Virus record (IMG/VR): IMGVR_UViG_3300045988_171920 | Direction: 5' to 3' (one strand) | Length of the DNA stretch: 19,319 bases | Origin: a virus | In this document: piece after piece, positions 5,759-12,411 of the stretch | Layout of the letters: each line of letters starts with the position of its first letter | Numbering within the stretch: the first letter of the stretch is position 1 | The notes under the pieces: model-generated | The model's input: only the letters and a program-made list of their open reading frames with translations | Databases searched by the model: none | Told to the model about the DNA's origin: nothing | Program-made: the position numbers and the translations under genes

Positions 5759-6637
5759 ATGGGAATGACTCATAAACAAAAACAGGGATTAATGCAAGAA
5801 AGTAGAAATCAACATTTTAATTTATTATATAATAAGTATAAATTATTAGCTTTAAATATGTTTACATGGGAAAACCTACCCGAAACAATTAAACCAAGAT
5901 ATATTGAAAAATCTTTATTTCATTTTGGAAAAGCCATATTTGTTGATGATGATAATTTAGGCTTGATATGTGTTCCATGTGAATTTGCAGAAGAAATGAA
6001 TGTAAATTTTGAACACACAAAAGTAATTACTAGTGGCTATAATTATATTAATACTATTCCATATTTACATTCTAGTTGGAAAGATAAATGTCAATTAATT
6101 CTTAATAATGATTTAGGCTTTGGGACAGAGGATTATGTAATAGATTATGCAACAAAAATGATGGAGGTTGAAAGATGTATCAGAGCAAATATTAATCATC
6201 AAAAATTCCCTTGGTTTATCGAAACAACTCCCAACAACAAACAGACCATGCAAAAATTATTTCAAGAAGTCGATAATTTAGAGCCAGTTATATTTGGTAA
6301 TAAAGACTTAAATATTGAAAATGCAAGTGCAATAATGACTACAACTCCATACGTTGCTGATAAACTTAATGAATATAAATATGAACTTGAAAGAGAAATA
6401 TTAACATTCTTTGGATTAAATAATTCCTTTGAGAAAAAAGAAAGATTACTTGTTGATGAAGTTAACTCTAACAATGATTATATTAACAGAAATGTGGATA
6501 TCATGTTTGCTAATAGACAATCTGCATGTGAAGAACTTAACCAAAAATTTGGGCTTAATGTTAAAGTAACTAAAAACAATAATTTTGAAAATAGTTATGA
6601 CCAAGACGAAGAAGAGGAGGGAGAAATAGATGAGTAA
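5759..6637 (+). CDS. Portal / upper collar connector protein (phi29 gp10-like)
   Basis: MFTWENLPETIKPRYIEKSLFHFG, PYVADKLNEYK, FFGLNNSFEKKERLLVDEVNSNND and ELNQKFGLNVKV align with remembered gp10. Start moved to ATG 5759, behind SD GGAGGTG at 5745-5751. Confidence 0.9.
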   Translation: MGMTHKQKQGLMQESRNQHFNLLYNKYKLLALNMFTWENLPETIKPRYIEKSLFHFGKAIFVDDDNLGLICVPCEFAEEMNVNFEHTKVITSGYNYINTIPYLHSSWKDKCQLILNNDLGFGTEDYVIDYATKMMEVERCIRANINHQKFPWFIETTPNNKQTMQKLFQEVDNLEPVIFGNKDLNIENASAIMTTTPYVADKLNEYKYELEREILTFFGLNNSFEKKERLLVDEVNSNNDYINRNVDIMFANRQSACEELNQKFGLNVKVTKNNNFENSYDQDEEEEGEIDE

Positions 6638-7256
6638 AAATACAATAGAAATAAATCAATTAGTAAATGATTTAGATTTTAATCTATTTGATTTTGAATA
6701 CAATCTTTACGATAATGAATTAAAGGAAGTTTTCGAGAAAAAATTTATTGACCATTTCTATTTTTATGAAATTGGATTAACTCCTATTGCTAGATTTAAA
6801 AAGGCGTTGCAAATTAAATTAAATGATATTTACCCATATTATAAGCAACTTTATCAAACTGAATTAAGATGTAATGACATTGATTTTATGCTAAATAAAG
6901 ATTTAAAAGAATCTTATACAAGGGAATTAACAGGAAATAGTTCAGTAAATCAAAGTTCAACAAGTACAAGTAACGATACTAGTTTAAATATTAATAATGA
7001 TACTCCACAAAATAAAATTGATGATTTAGACAATTATATGACTAGTGCAAGTAAGAATACAGACAACTCAACAATGAGCAGTAATGGTACAAATAGTGCT
7101 GAAAACAATTCAACAGAAATATATAGTTTAATTTCTCAAGGTAATATTGGCGTAACTTCTTCCGCTGAATTATTAGAAAAGTGGAGAAATGTATTAATAA
7201 ATATTGACCAATTGATTTTTGAAGAATGCAACGATTTATTTATGTTAATTTACTAG
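6630..7256 (+). CDS. Lower collar / head-tail adaptor protein (phi29 gp11 position)
   Basis: Directly follows the portal gene and overlaps it by 8 nt. SD GAGGAGGG. 208 aa with an N/S/T-rich middle. Called mainly by synteny. Confidence 0.6.
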   Translation: MSKNTIEINQLVNDLDFNLFDFEYNLYDNELKEVFEKKFIDHFYFYEIGLTPIARFKKALQIKLNDIYPYYKQLYQTELRCNDIDFMLNKDLKESYTRELTGNSSVNQSSTSTSNDTSLNINNDTPQNKIDDLDNYMTSASKNTDNSTMSSNGTNSAENNSTEIYSLISQGNIGVTSSAELLEKWRNVLINIDQLIFEECNDLFMLIY

Positions 7257-7281
7257 GGCTTGTTTACTCAAGTCCTTTTTT
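7256..7281 (+). terminator. Rho-independent terminator
   Basis: GGGCTTG (7256-7262) pairs with CAAGTCC (7269-7275) with one G-U pair, followed by TTTTTT. Confidence 0.7.
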
Positions 7282-7292
7282 GTCGTTAGTAA
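7261..7292 (+). promoter_or_regulatory. Candidate late promoter TGTTTAC-N16-CGTTAGTAATAATT
   Basis: TGTTTAC at 7261-7267 (in the terminator loop), 16-nt spacer, CGT at 7284-7286, then AATAATT directly before the fibre RBS. Confidence 0.3.
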
Positions 7293-7312
7293 TAATTAGG
7301 AGGTGCATGTGC

Positions 7313-9331
7313 ATGAGTATTGATAAGATAAGAAATATTGGGCTTGATAAATTAGTTACACAAGTTTACGATTTTGATAGTTTAACAACAGATGAATTAA
7401 TGTGCAAATTTGCTCAAAAAATAAATATCATTATTGAACACTTTAAATATTTAGATGACAGATGTGATAATAGTGAAAAAAATCTAGAGTTAAAATTACA
7501 ATATTTATTAGGTCAAGGTTTAGAGGAACAAGTTGCAAAAAGATTATTAGAATTAATAAATAAGGGAACTATCGGGAAATTAATTAATGAAACTTTATTA
7601 AAAGATATTAACGATAAAGTTGATAATTTTAAAGTTGAAGTTAATGAAGAATTTGAACAAAAATTGGATAAAAATGGAATAGTTACAATGGCTAACATGG
7701 GGCAAGATGTTAAAGAAGCTTTTACAGGTGGAGCAGTTGCAGTTGTTGGTAGAAATAGTGTTTTAACTGAAAATATAGTTGATAACCAAGTAAATCAATA
7801 TAAAGTGGATTTTATAAATGAAGATAATAACTTATTAAGAAACGAGGGTCTTTTATTTAATAAAAATATTGATGTTAATTCGGGATTGACAATTGAAAGT
7901 AATGGATATGTAACTACCGATTTTATAAGCGTAGATTCAAGTACATTATATACGTTTAATTTTTATAAACTTGCACCTAATAATCCTGGGGCAACAGTTA
8001 TTTATTATAATTCTAATAAAACTATAATTTCAAATGAATTTGTAACTGAATTTAGTTTTACTACGTCAGAAAATTGTAAATATATTAGAATTAGTTTTCC
8101 TAACTACGATATTATAAAAATTAATAATACATTTTTATCAAAAGATACTACAAAAACTTCTCCTAAACTAAAAAATGAATATTTAGATGAAAGTTTTTTG
8201 AGTAATAATTTTGAAAATAATTTTGCTAAAAAAAATATAGAGCCTTTAAACTGTACTTTTTTCGATAAGGTTATTAATATAAAAGATATTGCACAGTTTG
8301 AAAAAAATAAAACTGTAAACCCTACTACTGGTGGTTTTGAAAGCTTTAGTGGTAGAACTATTTTAGGCTTTTATGATGTAAAATATGTTGACGCAATTAA
8401 TGTTAATACTGATACTACTATGTTTCTATATGATGAAAATAAAAATATATTAAGTTCTGTAAATGGTGGAAATATAATTAAAAGTGGAACAGTTATTCCT
8501 ATAACTCATAATACAAGTAATAATGATACTAGGTTTATTGTTATAGTTGCTCTTACTGTAGCCGATAGTGTTTTAAACGAAATAGTAATAAATCCATCAA
8601 TGTATATCTATGATGGCGTTGATAGATATTATTTAAAAGATAGTGTGATAAAAAGTTTAAGTAATTCTTCATTTTATAAAAATAAAAAAATAACTTGTTT
8701 TGGTGATAGTATAACTGCTCAAAATCAATGGCAACCTTGGGTGGCACAATACTTTAATTGTACAATGGTAAACAAAGGTGTTGGGGGTACAACTGTTTTC
8801 AATAATGGTAATAAAGAAGTTATAGAGGGAGAATTACGAGATAGTTGGATGTGTTCTGATGATAGAATTAATTTAATACCTACTGATTCAGATGTTATAC
8901 TTGTATTTGGAGGTCATAACGATTTTGGTTATAATAATTTAGAAATGGGTGTTTTAGGTGATGGAAACTTAATAGATAGCACATTTAAAAGTGCATATAG
9001 TTTAATGCTTAAAAAATTAGTAAATAAATTCCCTAACGCTCTTATTATAACTATGACTCCAGTTGGCGGTAGAACTGAAACAGAGAAAGGTAATAGTGAC
9101 AAACAATACTATATAAGAGATTTATGCATGACAGATTTTGCAAATGCCGTAAAAGAAGTTAGTGCATATTACGGTATTCCTTGTATAGACATAAACGGTG
9201 AAAGTCGTATTAGTACACTAAATCACGATACTTATATAGCTGATGTTATTCACGCTAATTCAGATGGTGGAAAATTAATAGCAAACGTCGTAATAAATGG
9301 AATGAAAAGATTTGAGCCAATAATATTTTAA
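7313..9331 (+). CDS. Tail fibre / appendage protein with C-terminal SGNH (GDSL) hydrolase domain
   Basis: Start at ATG 7313, 9 nt after GGAGG at 7299-7303. The N-terminus is a coiled fibre-shoulder type region (MANMGQDVKEAFTGGAVAVVG). The C-terminus carries the SGNH blocks CFGDSITA (GDS at 8702-8710), GVGGTT, GGHNDF and DVIHANSDG. Confidence 0.8.
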   Translation: MSIDKIRNIGLDKLVTQVYDFDSLTTDELMCKFAQKINIIIEHFKYLDDRCDNSEKNLELKLQYLLGQGLEEQVAKRLLELINKGTIGKLINETLLKDINDKVDNFKVEVNEEFEQKLDKNGIVTMANMGQDVKEAFTGGAVAVVGRNSVLTENIVDNQVNQYKVDFINEDNNLLRNEGLLFNKNIDVNSGLTIESNGYVTTDFISVDSSTLYTFNFYKLAPNNPGATVIYYNSNKTIISNEFVTEFSFTTSENCKYIRISFPNYDIIKINNTFLSKDTTKTSPKLKNEYLDESFLSNNFENNFAKKNIEPLNCTFFDKVINIKDIAQFEKNKTVNPTTGGFESFSGRTILGFYDVKYVDAINVNTDTTMFLYDENKNILSSVNGGNIIKSGTVIPITHNTSNNDTRFIVIVALTVADSVLNEIVINPSMYIYDGVDRYYLKDSVIKSLSNSSFYKNKKITCFGDSITAQNQWQPWVAQYFNCTMVNKGVGGTTVFNNGNKEVIEGELRDSWMCSDDRINLIPTDSDVILVFGGHNDFGYNNLEMGVLGDGNLIDSTFKSAYSLMLKKLVNKFPNALIITMTPVGGRTETEKGNSDKQYYIRDLCMTDFANAVKEVSAYYGIPCIDINGESRISTLNHDTYIADVIHANSDGGKLIANVVINGMKRFEPIIF

Positions 9332-9360
9332 TTCACAATTGATTTATATTGTTCGTAAAT
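9331..9360 (+). promoter_or_regulatory. Weak candidate promoter AATTCAC-N17-CGTAAAT
   Basis: TTCAC at 9332-9336, 17-nt spacer, CGTA at 9354-9357, upstream of the 9413 gene and the lysis cassette. Poorest match to the motif family. Confidence 0.2.
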
Positions 9361-9412
9361 GAGTAAGGAGGTAACATTAACTTTCCTAATTTTAAAAAGG
9401 AAGTGAATAATA

Positions 9413-9661
9413 ATGGCAAGTAAAGAAAATATTTATTCTTCAATACAAAATCTTTATAACATGGATAAAAACACATGGCAAGAAGTACTCGCTGAATTAT
9501 ATAATTTAATTTATCAATGTCAAGACACATGCGAAAACTTAAATAATACAATCAATTTAATGTTACCATATAATAAAATAGTTTTAATATCACCAAATAA
9601 TAAACAGTTTAAAATAATAGTTGATGATGACGGAAATTTATCAACTGAATTATATGAATAG
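9413..9661 (+). CDS. Hypothetical protein, 82 aa, adjacent to the fibre and lysis genes
   Basis: SD AAAGGAAGTG. No TM segment. The C-terminal SPNNKQFKIIVDDDGNLSTE resembles a short motif I recall from small proteins near the tail-fibre or lysis genes of Gram-positive phages (unverified). Confidence 0.6.
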   Translation: MASKENIYSSIQNLYNMDKNTWQEVLAELYNLIYQCQDTCENLNNTINLMLPYNKIVLISPNNKQFKIIVDDDGNLSTELYE

Positions 9662-9670
9662 GAGGTTATT

Positions 9671-9844
9671 ATGGAAGATATAACAAATTTAATTACAAAT
9701 GTTGGTTTCCCTATTGCTTGTTGTGTTGTTTTATTTTGGAACAATTCAAATTTTACAAAGACATTAAATGAGTTAAATGTTACTCTAAAAGGTATCATGG
9801 TAAGATTAGAAAATATTGAGGACAAAGTGGAGGGTAAAAAATAA
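9671..9844 (+). CDS. YvrJ-like single-TM protein, 57 aa; candidate holin
   Basis: Hand-translated; not in the ORF track. MEDITNLITNVGFPIACCVVLFWNNSNFTKTLNELNVTLKGIMVRLENIEDKVEGKK. SD GGAGG at 9661-9665. The ..L..NVGFP.. + TM + helical tail pattern resembles the YvrJ family as I recall it. It lies upstream of the endolysin. Confidence 0.5.
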   Translation: MEDITNLITNVGFPIACCVVLFWNNSNFTKTLNELNVTLKGIMVRLENIEDKVEGKK

Positions 9845-9930
9845 TGTGGTGGGAAATGTATGTTGATATATCAATCAAAGGTATATTTTTATTGATTATT
9901 ATTTTATTTTCCAAAATAGGGAGGAATTAA
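9844..9930 (+). CDS. Micro-ORF, 28 aa, single TM (MWWEMYVDISIKGIFLLIIILFSKIGRN)
   Basis: Hand-translated. TAATG coupling to the preceding ORF. It ends 2 nt before the endolysin ATG and contains that gene's SD. Confidence 0.3.
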   Translation: MWWEMYVDISIKGIFLLIIILFSKIGRN

Positions 9931-9932
9931 AA

Positions 9933-10616
9933 ATGAGTTATTCACAAATTAATATAAGTAGTGGGCATAGTATTAATTGTCAAGGTGCAAGTGATATAAT
10001 AAACGAAGTTAGTGAAGCAAGAAAAGTAGTTGATAGAATTTACGAAATGTGTAAAGCTATGGGCATTGAGGTCTACAAGTATCATGATACATCTAGTTCA
10101 AGTTCACAAAACTTAGCTAATATTGCAAACTGGCATAACAGATTTAAAGATGGAATAGATATATCAATCCATTTTAATTGTTATCAACTTACAACAAATA
10201 GTATGGGAACAGAGGTTTGTTATTATTCTCAATCACAATTAGCTAATCAAGTATCATCAGCAATTAGTAGAGCAAGTGGGTTAAAAGATAGAGGAGGAAA
10301 AGAAAGAAAAGGGCTTTATGTTTTACGACACACAAACAAGCCTATGTTATTAATTGAAGTTTGTTTTTGTGATTCTTCTTATGATGTACAAAAATACAGA
10401 GAAAACTTTGATGGTATTTGTTCTGCAATTATAGAAGCACTTACTGGCAAGGTATATATGTCTAGACCAGTTAGTGTGCCAAATCAAAACACAAACAATA
10501 ATTCAAATATTGGTAAGATTTATCGTGTTCAAGTTGGAGCTTATAAAATTAAATCAAATGCAGAAGAAATGCAACAAAAATTAAAGAAATTAGGTATTGA
10601 TAGTATAATTGTATAA
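9933..10616 (+). CDS. Endolysin: N-acetylmuramoyl-L-alanine amidase (Amidase_3, CD27L-like) with a C-terminal SPOR-like segment
   Basis: SSGHS..CQGA..NE, ISIHFN, GTEVCYYS and DRG.KE...LYVLR...P.LLIEVCFCD fit the Amidase_3 pattern. The C-terminal YRVQVGAYKIKSNAEEMQQKLKKLG looks like a SPOR half-repeat. Confidence 0.85.
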   Translation: MSYSQINISSGHSINCQGASDIINEVSEARKVVDRIYEMCKAMGIEVYKYHDTSSSSSQNLANIANWHNRFKDGIDISIHFNCYQLTTNSMGTEVCYYSQSQLANQVSSAISRASGLKDRGGKERKGLYVLRHTNKPMLLIEVCFCDSSYDVQKYRENFDGICSAIIEALTGKVYMSRPVSVPNQNTNNNSNIGKIYRVQVGAYKIKSNAEEMQQKLKKLGIDSIIV

Positions 10617-10661
10617 AATTTTATTGGAAAAGTTTAGTAATAATAAACTGAACAATCATTC

Positions 10662-10692
10662 AACCCTTGCAAACCCAGTATTTGTAAGGGTT
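10662..10692 (+). other. 12-bp stem-loop after the endolysin gene, no U-tract
   Basis: AACCCTTGCAAA (10662-10673) pairs with TTTGTAAGGGTT (10681-10692) with one G-U pair and a 7-nt loop. Followed by TGTACACATC. Confidence 0.5.
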
Positions 10693-10785
10693 TGTACACA
10701 TCAATTCTGACAGATTTTAAATTTTAACTTTTAAAATATATAAGCAAATAGTCATTTAAATTAATTTTAAAATTTTTAAAAATAA

Positions 10786-11808
10786 ATGAAAGGAAGTGTT
10801 TTGTTCGTGGCTTGGTATAATTATGATAGAATTAATAGTTATAATGCAACTTTAAATTTTATACTAACAAACAGAGGTTTTGGTAAAACATTTGGTGCTA
10901 AGTGCAATGTAATAAAAAAGTTTTTAAAGAAAGGTGAACAATTTGTTTATGTAAGAAGATACAAAACAGAACTTAATGACATTCACAAATTTTTTGATTC
11001 ACCCGATTTAAGAAAAAAGTTTAAAACTCATACGTTTGAGGTAAAAGGAAAAACATTCTTTATAGATGGAAAAATTGCAGGTTATGCAATTGCTCTTTCC
11101 ACTTCCCAAAAATTAAAGTCAGTCGATTATCCTTTTGTAACTACAATTATCTTTGACGAGTTTATAGTTGATAAAGGTTGTATAAGATATCTAACAAATG
11201 AAGTTGACGTGTTTTTAGATTTATATGAAACAATAGCGAGAAAAAGAAATAATGTTAAAGCATATTTATTAGCTAATAATGTTTCTATAGTAAATCCATA
11301 CTTCACTTACTTTGATGTAACGCCCAAAAAGACAGAGCGATTTACAATTGCACGTGATGGTGAATTAGTTATTGAAATGTGTACAGATACTGTATTTATT
11401 AATGAAAAACTAGAAACAAAATTCGGTAAACTTATTAAAGGGACAAAATATGCAGACTATTCAATTTATAATAATTCATTGAGAGATAGTGAAGTGTTTA
11501 TAGAAAAAAGACCAAAGCGAAATACTTCTCCTGTTATGAGTATAGTTTTTAATGGTGAAAGGGCTATGATATGGCTTGACTATAAAACAGGTATATTTTA
11601 CTGTGATGACAAATACATGAAAACTTGTAATGAATATGTATTAAGTTGTGAAGACCATAATCCAAATACATTGTTAAATGCAAGTGGAATTAATCTTAAT
11701 ATGTTAAAACAATTAATTTCATATTTCCAAGTTGGAAGAGTAAGATTTTCAGACCAAAATATTAAACATTTAATGTATGATATATTTAGAAGTTTAGGGG
11801 TAAAATAA
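10786..11808 (+). CDS. DNA encapsidation (packaging) ATPase, phi29 gp16-like
   Basis: LNFILTNRGFGKTF (Walker A), GEQFVYVRRYK, FFIDGKIAGYAI, TIIFDEF (Walker B), NVSIVNPYF and SEVFIEKR align closely with remembered gp16. ATG 10786 has no SD. The true start may be TTG 10801 or GTG 10807, behind AAAGGAAG. Confidence 0.93.
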   Translation: MKGSVLFVAWYNYDRINSYNATLNFILTNRGFGKTFGAKCNVIKKFLKKGEQFVYVRRYKTELNDIHKFFDSPDLRKKFKTHTFEVKGKTFFIDGKIAGYAIALSTSQKLKSVDYPFVTTIIFDEFIVDKGCIRYLTNEVDVFLDLYETIARKRNNVKAYLLANNVSIVNPYFTYFDVTPKKTERFTIARDGELVIEMCTDTVFINEKLETKFGKLIKGTKYADYSIYNNSLRDSEVFIEKRPKRNTSPVMSIVFNGERAMIWLDYKTGIFYCDDKYMKTCNEYVLSCEDHNPNTLLNASGINLNMLKQLISYFQVGRVRFSDQNIKHLMYDIFRSLGVK

Positions 11809-11811
11809 AAA

Positions 11812-11828
11812 GGAGGGTATTACCCTCC
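11812..11828. terminator. Bidirectional terminator at the convergence of the two arms
   Basis: GGAGGGT (11812-11818) pairs with ACCCTCC (11822-11828). The A-run upstream on + gives a U-tract for - strand transcripts. It lies between the stops at 11808 (+) and 11834 (-). Confidence 0.75.
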
Positions 11829-11833
11829 AATTA

Positions 11834-12397
11834 TTATATTATTTCTCTTATTTCTTTTTCGTGTTCTCTTAATCTCTTCCTTATCCTTGAAAGAATTGTT
11901 TTTGTTCCATTATATTTTGCTCCAAATTTATTACTTATTTCTTCAATGGTATAACCTTGGCAATACATTTTGAAATATTCTTTGTGTCTTTCGTTTTTAA
12001 TAAATTCGCAAACTTTATCAATTGTTTCGTTTATATCTTCGTATTCATCTTCAGATTGAATAACGTTGTGTAAACTCATTTCATTTTCATTTTTATAACC
12101 ATCAATTTCTTGATCTAAAAATACTAAATTATCATAAACTTTTCTTTTTTCTCTTCTTTCAACTTTTAAAACATCATAAACCCCATTTTTTATTACTTTT
12201 GCTATGAATGTATTTAACCCTGCGATTTCTTCATCATATTGATTTATAGCAAATGCGACTTTTGCTTCACATATTTGAAGTACATCTTCAAATTCTACTC
12301 TATCATGATATTTTACTAAAATACTATTATAATATTTATAAGTCATACCCTTTAAATATCCATCACCATATTGATTAATATAATCTTCATATTTCAT
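11834..12397 (-). CDS. Sigma-70 family RNA polymerase sigma factor (small, ECF/TcdR-like size)
   Basis: 187 aa. A region-2-like segment (EFEDVLQICEAKVAFAINQYDE...NTFIAKVIKNGVYDVLKVERREKR) and a region-4 HTH (KEYFKMYCQGYTIEEISNKFGAKYNGTKTILSRIRKRLRE). It is the last gene of the replication operon. Confidence 0.75.
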   Translation of the reverse strand: MKYEDYINQYGDGYLKGMTYKYYNSILVKYHDRVEFEDVLQICEAKVAFAINQYDEEIAGLNTFIAKVIKNGVYDVLKVERREKRKVYDNLVFLDQEIDGYKNENEMSLHNVIQSEDEYEDINETIDKVCEFIKNERHKEYFKMYCQGYTIEEISNKFGAKYNGTKTILSRIRKRLREHEKEIREII

Positions 12398-12411
12398 AAA
12401 TCTCTTACCCC

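Noticed and set aside
6262-6474. 70-aa ORF on the - strand inside the portal gene
   Set aside because: It lies entirely antisense to a confidently identified portal CDS. The translation is low-complexity (S/L-rich), typical of the antisense frame of AT-rich genes, and there is no SD.
7226-7312. N-terminal extension of the fibre ORF (track start 7226)
   Set aside because: The extension runs through the lower-collar stop and the terminator hairpin. ATG 7313 is 9 nt behind GGAGG.
7513-7698. 61-aa ORF on the - strand inside the tail-fibre gene
   Set aside because: Antisense to the fibre CDS, no RBS, low-complexity translation.
8553-8747. 64-aa ORF on the - strand inside the tail-fibre gene
   Set aside because: Antisense to the region encoding the SGNH GDS block, with no translation signals.
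9364-9412. Strong SD-like GTAAGGAGGT at 9363-9372 with no ATG, GTG or TTG at a usable distance
   Set aside because: Only an ATT codon follows, which would give a 15-aa peptide. Treated as a fortuitous or vestigial SD.
9333-9825. Two - strand ORFs (9333-9551 and 9520-9825)
   Set aside because: They are antisense to the + strand 82-aa gene and the YvrJ-like ORF, which have strong SDs and fit the operon. All neighbouring genes are on the + strand, and the translations are hydrophobic low-complexity artefacts.
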